In this document: positions 39,299-48,847 of the stretch, one piece after another | Layout: every line of letters starts with the position of its first letter | How positions within the stretch are numbered: the first letter of the stretch is position 1 | Source of the DNA: a virus | Lineage: Duplodnaviria > Caudoviricetes | DNA: 64,000 nucleotides | Reading direction: 5' to 3' (one strand) | IMG/VR virus record: IMGVR_UViG_3300036784_000146 | Coordinates: 1-64,000 of that record | Notes under the pieces: model-generated | Told to the model about the DNA's origin: nothing | Database searches by the model: none | Seen by the model: the letters and a program-made list of their open reading frames with translations, nothing else | Program-made: the position numbers and the translations under genes

Positions 39299-39310
39299 GA
39301 GGCATCAATC

Positions 39311-39799
39311 ATGACCGCACCCGATCCGGCTTGGGTTGTCCAGCAACAGGTATTCCCTCCCGGCCCGCAGCCGCCGGACGCCATCACCATGTACGACGGC
39401 GCTGTGCAGGCCAAGAACGGCTTCGGGCCGTGGAAGGCTTGGGACCTCCGGGGCTGGCTGAACCGGCTCGTCTGGGACCTGCTGCGGTTCCAGACCATCG
39501 ACTCCGGCAAGCCCAACGCCGACCGCACCGTCCCCTACGGCCTGCGCGACAGCGTCAGCGCGATCTGGTACCTCACCGACCAGAACAACCAGCTGCTGAA
39601 GGCCATCGCCACCAAGGTCGGCGCCGACACCACTCACCTGGTGATGGCCCAGAAGGACGTGCAGGAGGCCGCGCTGGCCAACGAGGCCTTCGTCGCCTCG
39701 GTGCGTGAGCACCTGACCGCGATGGAGGACACCCTCAGGGCCAGCGGTGTCGTCAACCCCGGGCTGCTGCGGCAGGCCGGTCTGCACGTGGTGCTCTGA
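39311..39799 (+). CDS. Lysis-region hypothetical protein
   Basis: AGGAGG RBS; QNNQLLKAIA.KVG LysA-tail-like helix. Confidence 0.55.
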   Translation: MTAPDPAWVVQQQVFPPGPQPPDAITMYDGAVQAKNGFGPWKAWDLRGWLNRLVWDLLRFQTIDSGKPNADRTVPYGLRDSVSAIWYLTDQNNQLLKAIATKVGADTTHLVMAQKDVQEAALANEAFVASVREHLTAMEDTLRASGVVNPGLLRQAGLHVVL

Positions 39800-39800
39800 C

Positions 39801-40739
39801 ATGCCGGGCCCCATGCTCGTCACGGTCAACGGGACCGGCGTTCCGGATCCGTTTGGGCCGGGCTTCTCCGGCGATCTCGGCCGGGCGTTGACCAATCCCT
39901 GGAACGGCATCGCCGCCCAGTTCTGGGGACAGGGTGCCGACCAGGCCTACGGCAGGTTCATTTTCTGGCAACCGATCGGCTATCCGGCGGGCGTCTTCCC
40001 GATGAACCCGTCGGTCAATACCGGTGTCGCCGAGGTCAGCCGCCAGGTCACCTTGCACGAGGCCGACGGCAGTTGCCCGCCCGGCTACCCGCTGTTCCTC
40101 TCGGGGTACTCGCAGGGCGCTTTGGTGACGAATGTGTTCTGGCGTGATTTCGTGTTAAACCCCAACGGGCCACACAACAACCGGCTGAACGACATCGTGG
40201 ACCTGGGCGGCATCATCAACTTCGGGGACCCGATGGCCTGTCCCGGGGTGTACAACGGCAACATCGCCGCCGGGTTCGCCAAGCCCAAGCTCCTGGACGG
40301 TGTCATCCCCGGCGGCATCGCCGGACCGGGATGCCTGACCCCGGCGCAGACCCCTGATTGCCTACTGACGTGCGGACTGGACGGGGACCTCTATGGTGCC
40401 GCGCCGGTCGGACCGGCCAGCCTGCCGGTCTTACCTACCGGGGCCCCTTGGGTCAAAGAGCCCCTGGTCGGCCAGATCGAGACCCGCATCTATGGCTTCA
40501 TCGAGAGCGGCTCGATATTGACCGGCCTCATGGCCGTCGCCGAGGGTGTGGCCCAGGAGTTCGAGCAGCCGCTGTCCAACACGATCGCCCTGGTGCACGC
40601 CATCTTCAACGGCATGGGCTTTGCGGCCCAAGGAACAAACGCACCGCACTGGCGTTATCAGGGATTTATCCCTCCCATGGTCGGTTGGATCATCAGGCGG
40701 GCCCAGACTTCGATGGCTCGGATCGCGGCGGCCGCCTGA
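39801..40739 (+). CDS. lysB: Lysin B (mycolylarabinogalactan esterase)
   Basis: TVNGTG, WQPIGYPA..FPM, GYSQGA nucleophile elbow, FGDP, GDLY, PH. Confidence 0.92.
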   Translation: MPGPMLVTVNGTGVPDPFGPGFSGDLGRALTNPWNGIAAQFWGQGADQAYGRFIFWQPIGYPAGVFPMNPSVNTGVAEVSRQVTLHEADGSCPPGYPLFLSGYSQGALVTNVFWRDFVLNPNGPHNNRLNDIVDLGGIINFGDPMACPGVYNGNIAAGFAKPKLLDGVIPGGIAGPGCLTPAQTPDCLLTCGLDGDLYGAAPVGPASLPVLPTGAPWVKEPLVGQIETRIYGFIESGSILTGLMAVAEGVAQEFEQPLSNTIALVHAIFNGMGFAAQGTNAPHWRYQGFIPPMVGWIIRRAQTSMARIAAAA

Positions 40740-41326
40740 TGCGGTTCCTCCCTGTTCTACTGGGGTTGTTTGCTGCGTTCTGTCTGGGGATCGCTCCCGC
40801 GCACGCCAACATCGGTGGCAGCGTGCCCAGCCCGGGCGAGTGCGACTACCCCGGCGTCGGTACGTTCGGCGCCGCCTTCGGTGAATACGACGCGGGCTGT
40901 GCCTTTCCTACCGAGATCAACGGCAGTCACTGGCAGCTGCTTTACGGCGGCGGGATGTGGTCGGTGCAGGCCGGGGTGGGTTTCAGCCTGGCCGTCACTT
41001 TGAATTTCCAGGTCAACTCGCCCGCCGGTGTACTGCGCGGGATCACTTACTGGGCCTGCCCGGATCTCTCCATGGCCGAGCCCCCCAACCCACCGGGGGC
41101 CTGGAACCAGCACATCACCCCTTCCCCGTGCAAGACGGTCGCTCCCCGGCCGGTGCTACTGCGCGACGAGCCCCCGCCTCCACCCTTCGGGGTTCCCCCG
41201 CCTCCGCCGCCTCCTGCCGATATTGAGCCGCCGCTTCCCGCCGGTCCTCCGATGACCCCTCAGACCGGGGCCCAGACCAACCCCACCCCGGGTAATCCGG
41301 TGGCTCCCGACAGTCCCCGCCGTTAA
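40739..41326 (+). CDS. Secreted Cys-containing protein with Pro-rich tail
   Basis: Sec signal peptide ending PAHA. Confidence 0.75.
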   Translation: MRFLPVLLGLFAAFCLGIAPAHANIGGSVPSPGECDYPGVGTFGAAFGEYDAGCAFPTEINGSHWQLLYGGGMWSVQAGVGFSLAVTLNFQVNSPAGVLRGITYWACPDLSMAEPPNPPGAWNQHITPSPCKTVAPRPVLLRDEPPPPPFGVPPPPPPPADIEPPLPAGPPMTPQTGAQTNPTPGNPVAPDSPRR

Positions 41327-41378
41327 GGCCCCTGTAACACGCCCGATCCGGCCCGAGAAAGGGAGAAGGGACGTTTCA

Positions 41379-44077
41379 TTGGCTGACGGAAGCAGGGTCG
41401 CAATGTCCGGTGGTTGTTTTGAAGTTTTGGCCGCATCGGAGGACGAGCAGAAGCTCGCCCAACAGCAAGCAGGTGACAGGCTTGCCGCCGCCGTCTATGA
41501 CGTGCGCCAGGAGTTTGGTGACTTCCTGTTCAAGGCCGCCAACATCCAGGAGTTCCGCACCCGGGTGGCACTGGTCAAGGACGACATGATGAAAGTCGTC
41601 GATCGCCACCTTCCGCCGGTGTCCGGCGTGATGGGCCGCATCGCGGTGCGCCGGGGCTCGATCCTGGAACGCCAGTTCAAGGCCTTCAAGAAGGGCGCCC
41701 CGTTCGCCGACTATGACAACTTCGCCGACTGCACTTCCAAGAACAGCGACAAGGACAACCCCGACGCCTACTGCGGGGAGATCAAGCACCGTACCGAGGA
41801 CAAGACAAGCGCCCGGCGGCTGGAAGCGACCCACAGCATCGTCGCCGACGACCCGCACTTGGGCTGGTTCGCGGTCGCCGACGCCACCTCCGGCGCCGGT
41901 GAGTACGTGAACGACATGGAGGGCCAGCTGTCCGGCGGGTCGGCGATGCCTCCCTCTCCTCTCACGTCAGGTGATCCCACCGGCGGCATGCTGGGCGACA
42001 CGGTGGTCCCAGGCAACATCCCAGGCAATCCCGGGATCGAGGGGGACAAGCCCACGATGCCCGGCGGCCTGAAGAGCTGGGGCCGTCGACGGCACTGGGC
42101 CACCGGCGAGGGCGGTGCGTTGTCCACTGACGAGACCTATCACCCTGAGTCCGGCGCGCTGATCCCTGAGGGCGACTGGCACGGCTTCCAGGACAGTGTC
42201 GACCAGGGTGCGGAGTCCAAGGTCGACGACGCGTTCGCCTCCGGCGAGCACGACAAGCACTACGACGGCGACCCGTCGAACACCGACTTCGTCAGCGGCC
42301 ACGAGGCGGCCTGGGTCGGCCCAGACCAGCACAGCTACGTGGGCAAGCCGAAGGGTCAAGATGCTGAAGACTGGGGAAACTGGGAAGAGCACCTGAAGTC
42401 CCGAAGTGCCGATCCTCGCAATCGCGAACACCCTTTGGTGCAAGACGCCAGGGACTCTCACGACCGGGCCATTGGGGCCCGGCGACGTCAAGCGGTGGAC
42501 GACGACAACAACGGCATCTACAACGTCATGCAGGGGCAGGGCTTCGGTCCCGAGCACGAGACCGGTGGGTTCGACGAAGCGTTCCCCTCCAAGATGGGCG
42601 CTCTGACTCTGCGCTACCTGTCGTTTTGCCATCGCAACAACCTGGCGCCGACGCTGGCCAGCCTGGAACGCCACGGCAAGAGGCTTGATCCTGGCGAGTA
42701 CTTAGCGCTCGCCAACGGGCTGGACAAGCTGGCCCGGCTGCCTCGGTCCGAGAAGGTCAAGGTGGCCCGGCTGGTGGACTGGACGCTGCGCCAGGCCGAG
42801 ACCTACCACGGCGAGGGCGACGTCGAGGACAAGTCGGGTCCTTTCGCTGGTCCGCACGGCTCCTTCCCGGTCGGCACCGAGAGCGACCTGAGTGGCGCCA
42901 AGGACGTGTGCAATATGCCTTCGGTGCACGGCAAGCACCCGGGCACGTGCGACCGCATCGAGCACATGCAGAAACCGGCTGCCCGACGGCGTCGAGCTGC
43001 ACCGGACTATCTGATGAAGGCCAAGGACGCGCTGGAAGGCCTGCTCAATCAGAAGGCCGAGGAGTTCCAGACTGGCGTGGCCCCGCTGCAGCAGGCGCTG
43101 CAGGTGGTCCAGCAGTCTCAGGCCATCGAGCAGGCCAACAACCCGCTTAGTGTCCAGCCCCCGGCGGGCACCGTAAACGTCTTGCCCGATCCTCCACAGG
43201 GTATGCCCGGCGCTCCGGCGGCTGGCGGCGGCGCTCCGGCGGACCAGAACGCTCCCCCTCCGGCAGCCGACGCAGCTGGTCTGTCAGGGATGCCTCCTGA
43301 CCCCACCCAGCAGATGGCGGCGAGCCGGAGGCGTGGTGGTCACCCAAAAGGCCGGGTCCCCGCGTAGGGGACGTCGTCAAGGACTACCAGAGCTGGCTGA
43401 ACCGGCGCCCGGACAACCGGGGCGGTTCGGATCTCGAAGAGTTCGCCGTCGAGCATCCCATCGGTGACCGTGCCAAGCGCACCCTGCAGGAGCAGATGTA
43501 CGGCCAGCCGTCGCAGACCACGGCGGCCTACCAGGCGGCCTGCAAGGTATTCGGCAAGCAGGCCGTCGACGCCAGTCGTCGCGGCCGCACCGCGTCTCGC
43601 AAGCAGGCCTGGATGGGCTGGGGCCCTGCCCAGCTCGACCATCACCCCCGGGTGGCCGGATGGGACTGGGATCCGCACCTTGAGGCCTACACGGCCAGGA
43701 CACCCGGCCGGTTCGCCTGCTCGTGCGGCAATCAGATGGACATGCCCGGCCATCACGAGTGCAAGTGCGGGCGGCTGTACAACGGCTACGTGATCGGTAC
43801 CGGCGGATCCAACCACGAGGCCAGCGCCGAGAAGTATCTGGTGCGTGAGATCACCGTGCGCCCCGACGTCATCGTGGCCAACAAACAAGCGGCGCCGTCC
43901 GGCTACTACGGCAGCCCCGCTTACGATCCCGACGACCCCGACGCCGACTTCCCGTCAGACCACCACCCGTCCGTCGGCCGTCAGCCAGCAACCCCGGACG
44001 ACTGGGCGCACCGCAACGAGAAGAACGATTGGACGTCTCATCCGTTGCCCCGGCGTAAGAGGCGCCAGCCAGCTTGA
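41379..44077 (+). CDS. Large head-associated protein (662 aa to 43367) with predicted -1 frameshift extension to 44077 (~899 aa)
   Basis: Slippery C-CCA-AAA at 43343-43349; -1 frame open and coding-like from there to 44077. Confidence 0.75.
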
Positions 44078-44340
44078 CTTCCTCCCAAGGCCGAGGCCGA
44101 GGGATTCCCACAAGGAGATTCGACATGCTGAGTGTACAGCTAAAGCGGGCAGGGGCACCGTTTGGTTATCGCGGTATCGCCCCTGCCCGCAAAGTGGCAT
44201 CTTCCACACCTGGGGGTGTCGAATCTCCTTGTGGAGGTTCGCGGATCGTCGCCGTGTCTAACTGCACAAGAAGGCTTACCGCGCTGCCACCGCCAGCCCG
44301 GCGGCGGGTTCCGAGGAACGTATTTAACGATAGCAGTCGA
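44074..44340 (-). mobile_element. Non-autonomous IS200/IS605-type element or omega-RNA-like structured sequence
   Basis: Minus strand ends GAAT-CCCTCGGCCTCGGCCTTGGG-AGGAAG-TCAA (IS608 right-end layout); nested 18-bp and 12-bp perfect inverted repeats; left boundary uncertain. Confidence 0.6.
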
Positions 44341-44372
44341 TTAAAGGCGGGAGTTTTGCCGGGCGGTTTTGC

Positions 44373-44732
44373 ATGATTGGCACGGTGTGCCAAGGCTGCA
44401 AGCAGCTCGCCGAGATCGCCCACACCGATAGCCTCGGCCTCGGCTACTGCGCTCGGTGCGCCAAGGACATCCCAATCCAAAGCGAGACACTGGGTTTGGA
44501 GTACCTGATAGCCAACCCCCCGTTCTTCCCCGGCGATCGAGTAGAGTGCCGGACCGGCGGAGAGATTTTCGACGGAGTCGGAACCGTCCAGGAGATGAGT
44601 TTCGATTTCGAGCACGGGGGAACTTTGATCTATCCTGCCTTCCGCGTGACCATCGACGAACCTGCCAACGAGCACAGTCCGGTCGAAGGCTGGTGGACCG
44701 AGGTCTGCTTGAAGAAGGTGGGTAAGCCATGA
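44373..44732 (+). CDS. Hypothetical protein (Zn finger plus SH3-like)
   Basis: Two CxxC pairs; FFPGDRVEC. Confidence 0.65.
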   Translation: MIGTVCQGCKQLAEIAHTDSLGLGYCARCAKDIPIQSETLGLEYLIANPPFFPGDRVECRTGGEIFDGVGTVQEMSFDFEHGGTLIYPAFRVTIDEPANEHSPVEGWWTEVCLKKVGKP

Positions 44733-47305
44733 CGGCGCCGGGCGGGCGGTTCTGGACCGGCAACCCCGATGCCGAGATGCGCCGTCTGCGGGCGGCCGGG
44801 GCCACGCTCCCCAACTCCGCGCCGAGGGCCCGGCTGGAAGCCAAACGCTTCGGCGATCAGATACGCAGCGGCTCCCTGGTGGACAACACCAACCGGATGA
44901 TGGGTGCCGACTTCCGGCGCCGCCGGGCCTCAGGCCTGCGTACCGGTGCCAACGTCCAGATGGCGATGCCCAAGTTCCGCACCCCGCTGGGCTCCCTGGA
45001 AGACAAGAACGTCCCGTTCAACGTCGAGGACCGCAAGGAGCTGCAGGAATGCCGCCGGTGGGCGCGGGCCTTCTATATCACCCACGACCTGGTCCCGCTG
45101 CTGATCGACATCTACGCGCGCTTCCCGCTGGTTGGCTTGGAGTTCAAGAGCACCGACCCGCTGATCGAGAAGTTCTACACCCAGATGTTCCTCAACGACC
45201 TGGACTACGAGAACTTCCTGCCCGACAGCCTGGGCCGCGAGTACTACGTCGCCGGTGAGGTCACCACGCTGGCTCATTTCAACGAGTCGCTGGGCATCTG
45301 GTCGTCGGAGGAGGTCCTCAACCCCGACTTCGTGCGGGTGTCCAAGGGCCTGTTCGTCGAGGAGGAACGTGTCCAGCTGATGGTCAAGGACCTCGTCGAC
45401 GGCCTACGCGACGGGCCGCAGGGGATGGGCCCCGACGAGGAGACCCGCAGCGAGCGCGAGGAGCGCCTCTACGAGTACCGCATGCTGGTGCAGAACTACC
45501 CCGAGATCATCCGCGCCGCCCAGATGGAAGACGGCCTGGACATCAGCCCGGCCAAGTGGAGCCGCATCGTCAACAAGAGCGCCCCGTGGCATGAGTACGG
45601 CACGCCGCCGCTGTTGCGCAGCTTCCGCACCCTGATGATGGAGGAGTCCCTCAACGCTGCTCAGGACGCCGTGGCGGACCGTTTGTACTCCCCGATGATC
45701 GTGGCCACCCTGGGCCTGGAAAACATGGGCGACGGGCTGCCCTGGATCCCGATGCAGTCCGACCTCGACGACCTGCGCGACGACATGCAGAACGCGTTCA
45801 TGGCCGACTTCAAGCTCGTCTGCCACCACATGGGCCTCAACGTGGAGAACGTCTTCGGCCGCGAGTCGGTCCCCCGATTCGATCAGGACTACGAGCGCAT
45901 CGACCTCAAGCTGATGCAGGCCTGGGGCATCGGCTCGGCACTGATCATGGGCGGCACCGGCGCGGCCGGTACCTACGCCAGCTCGGCACTGAACCGCGAG
46001 GTGTGCGAGCTGCTGATGAAGAGCTACCAGAAGAAGGTCATCCGCCACATCGTGAAGCGGATGGAAGTCATTGCCGAGGCCCAGCAGCACTACGCCTACG
46101 AGAAGAAGGGCGGCTACCGGCGGCCCCTCTACAAGGAGGTCGTGCAGTTCAACGAGGAGACCGGCGAGGAAGAGATCGTCCGCGTTCCGCAGCTGCTGAT
46201 TCCCAAGGTTGAGTTCGCCTCGCTCAACTTGCGCGACGAGACCCAAGAGCGTTCGTTCATGATGGAACTCAAGCAGGCCGGGGTGCCGATCAGCGACAAG
46301 AGCTTGGCGATCAACATCCCGATCGATTTCGAGCAAGAGCTGCCTCGCGGCGCCGACGAGACGGTCGACAAGCTGGTGGCCCAGGCCGAGGCGATGGGCA
46401 AGGCCCAGTCGATTATCGACCACAAGGACCTGCCGTACCCCGCCGAGCTGGCCCAGTACCTGACTCAGACCCTGATCCTGCGCCAGCAGCTGGCCCAGAC
46501 CAAGATGATGGAGGGCCAGGAGGAGATGCAGGAGACCGCCCAGCAGCAGCAGACTCCCGCCGGTGCGATGGGTGCACTGCCCGGCGTCCCGCCAGCTCCC
46601 CCGCCGCAGCCTGAGGGCGGCGAAGGCGAGGATGGCCAGTTGCCGCCTCCGGGCCCGATGCCCGTCCCGATGCTGCCCGGCGACGGCGGTCCGCCCATGG
46701 GCCCCGGTGGTCCGATGCCCATGCCGCCCCAGATGGCCTCTCCGGAGATGCAGACCGAGATGGGGCTGGTGGCCGCCAAGGGGCAGAAGCGCACGCCCTT
46801 CCAGGTCAATGCCCCACATGCCGGTGGCCCCGGAATCCTGCCGCCCGACATGGAGTTCGGCAACGAGAACGAGTTCGGAGGCGGACAGCCTTCCGAGGTC
46901 GTCGAGCCCCCGCGCAACCGCACTCGTCCCGAGGAGAGCGACGAGATGCGGGCCAACTCCCCGCGCAAGGCCACCCGGGTGGGCCGTAGCGGGATCCGCA
47001 AGAAGGCCGAGTTCGAGATGGACCCCAGCTCCTACGGCCACCGCAACCGGGTCAGCGAGAGCGCGGTGGAGAAGGCCGTCCGGCGCCGGGAGGCCCAGGC
47101 CAACCCGCCCCGGGTCGACGAGCTGATCCAGGACCCCAAGTTCTACGCCCTTACCGGCATCGGCGGTTACCAGGCCCAGATCCAAGGCGACTTCCCGCAC
47201 ATCATGGCCGGTGACGACGACGACAGCACCAAGGAGTCGATCCAGATTCTTGAGGACGCGTTACTGCAGTACGAGCGGCAAACAGGAGTGAGGCCGATAT
47301 GGTGA
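44729..47305 (+). CDS. Portal protein
   Basis: IDIYARFP, GEV, EEVLNPD, YGTPPLLR, AQDAVADRLYSP, YASSALN; position at the head of the capsid module; long Pro-rich C-terminus. Confidence 0.85.
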   Translation: MTAPGGRFWTGNPDAEMRRLRAAGATLPNSAPRARLEAKRFGDQIRSGSLVDNTNRMMGADFRRRRASGLRTGANVQMAMPKFRTPLGSLEDKNVPFNVEDRKELQECRRWARAFYITHDLVPLLIDIYARFPLVGLEFKSTDPLIEKFYTQMFLNDLDYENFLPDSLGREYYVAGEVTTLAHFNESLGIWSSEEVLNPDFVRVSKGLFVEEERVQLMVKDLVDGLRDGPQGMGPDEETRSEREERLYEYRMLVQNYPEIIRAAQMEDGLDISPAKWSRIVNKSAPWHEYGTPPLLRSFRTLMMEESLNAAQDAVADRLYSPMIVATLGLENMGDGLPWIPMQSDLDDLRDDMQNAFMADFKLVCHHMGLNVENVFGRESVPRFDQDYERIDLKLMQAWGIGSALIMGGTGAAGTYASSALNREVCELLMKSYQKKVIRHIVKRMEVIAEAQQHYAYEKKGGYRRPLYKEVVQFNEETGEEEIVRVPQLLIPKVEFASLNLRDETQERSFMMELKQAGVPISDKSLAINIPIDFEQELPRGADETVDKLVAQAEAMGKAQSIIDHKDLPYPAELAQYLTQTLILRQQLAQTKMMEGQEEMQETAQQQQTPAGAMGALPGVPPAPPPQPEGGEGEDGQLPPPGPMPVPMLPGDGGPPMGPGGPMPMPPQMASPEMQTEMGLVAAKGQKRTPFQVNAPHAGGPGILPPDMEFGNENEFGGGQPSEVVEPPRNRTRPEESDEMRANSPRKATRVGRSGIRKKAEFEMDPSSYGHRNRVSESAVEKAVRRREAQANPPRVDELIQDPKFYALTGIGGYQAQIQGDFPHIMAGDDDDSTKESIQILEDALLQYERQTGVRPIW

Positions 47306-48179
47306 TGGGCAGGTTGACCAACATCGTGCACGCCACCCTGGACATGGGCGAGTTGATAGGCTTCCTTATCCGGGGTCCGGGGCTCTCTCCCTCCTTCAAC
47401 GGGGAGCAGGCGTTGGTTGGGGGTGATCCCGAGCCGAACACCAACGGCCACGAGTTACCGGCGCCCCCCGTTGTTCCGCAGCCGATCGAGCAATGGGGGT
47501 TGCGGTTGCCGAACGGCAACATCGTCTGGGAGAACTGCCTCTATCAAGGGCTGCCGATTCGGGAGCCGGACCAGCGCCAGGTCTTGGTAAACGTCCTGCG
47601 CCGTACGGCGGCCGACCTCGATTTTGACGAGGGCACCTTCCTGGGCCACTATGGCTGGGCCCGGCGCTTCGGCATCCCGGCGGTGCAATGGGGGGATATC
47701 ACCGTGCACCCCTTGACAATTGAAAACAGTGGTTCCGACACGCCCAGGGCGAACGGTATGTTAGAGGGTCCCGGCGTGTCGGAAATTGGTTCACCGAATA
47801 GGTAAATTTTCAGGTAAGGTGTGACGGTATCCCATGGCAACGATTAGGTGGGGAACGTCGCCCGAACAAGGGAAAGTGATTGTCTGACATGAAGTCTGAC
47901 TCCGAGAATGCTGTCGATGTCTACTATCTGACGCTGCCAGTGGCTAGTTCGGACCAAGCCAGAAGTTTGGCCAACTACCTGAACGCCCATGGGGTGGAAG
48001 CGGTTCCGGACGGCAACGACGGCGTCACGTGCCCAGTGGCCAAGGACGAGACGGTTAGCGACATCCGCCAGTTGCAGAAGTCGTGGTACAAATTCTGGGA
48101 ACACTCCGATGCCGAAGTTTTCGGACTGTCCGTCTACGTCAAGCCTGCCGGGGTAACCTGCAGCCATGAGTCTCCCTGA
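47305..48179 (+). CDS. Two hypothetical genes (47305-47805, 47880-48179)
   Basis: Operon orientation. Confidence 0.6.
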
Positions 48180-48807
48180 CATCGAAGCCAATATCGAGGC
48201 TGCCATGGATTGGGCTCGATCGGTCAACGGCCAGCCCTACTTCAAGACCGCCGACGCCGAAGAGGCCAAGCAGTCCGGCGGCATGATCGCGCTTTACCCA
48301 CGCACCGACTTCGCTCAGATGTTGGCCGTGCCCGGCGGGGAGCCCGAAGACGACCTGCACCTGACCTTGGTCTTCCTGGGCGATGACGTCAGCACTCTGG
48401 ACCCCGCGAACCTAGGCGCGATCGTCGGCCGGGTCGCCGATTCCTACACCGAGATCACCGCGCGCGTCTTCGGTCACGCCGTGCTCAACCCCGACGGCGC
48501 CGAGGGCCGTGACCCCTGTGGTGTTTACCTGGTAGGTCATTCCCCCGAACTGAGCCAGATCCATGATGACGTGCGCGAGGCCGCCGAGATGGGTGCTCAG
48601 ATCCCCGAGCAGCACGATCCCTGGCTGCCTCACATCACCGCCGGATACGCCTCTCAGATGGGCGAAAGCACCCAGGTACGGGAGTACACCGGAGAGGTGA
48701 TTTTCGATCGTCTGGGGCTCGCTGTGGCCGGGGAAACGCAGTTCTATCCCTTCCATGGTGCCTCGATTGCGGCCGCATATACCTCTCTTGCGCACTGGCC
48801 CCTGTAG
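48166..48807 (+). CDS. 2H phosphoesterase (2'-5' RNA ligase / Acb1-like fold)
   Basis: Two HxT motifs: LHLTLVFLG and PHITAGY. Confidence 0.88.
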   Translation: MSLPDIEANIEAAMDWARSVNGQPYFKTADAEEAKQSGGMIALYPRTDFAQMLAVPGGEPEDDLHLTLVFLGDDVSTLDPANLGAIVGRVADSYTEITARVFGHAVLNPDGAEGRDPCGVYLVGHSPELSQIHDDVREAAEMGAQIPEQHDPWLPHITAGYASQMGESTQVREYTGEVIFDRLGLAVAGETQFYPFHGASIAAAYTSLAHWPL

Positions 48808-48847
48808 ATAGCGGTCTTCCGCCCTAGGAAAGGGTAGGAGGACTGCG

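Noticed and set aside
44074-44376. 100-aa ORF across the structured element
   Set aside because: No RBS, non-coding-like composition; better explained by the inverted repeats
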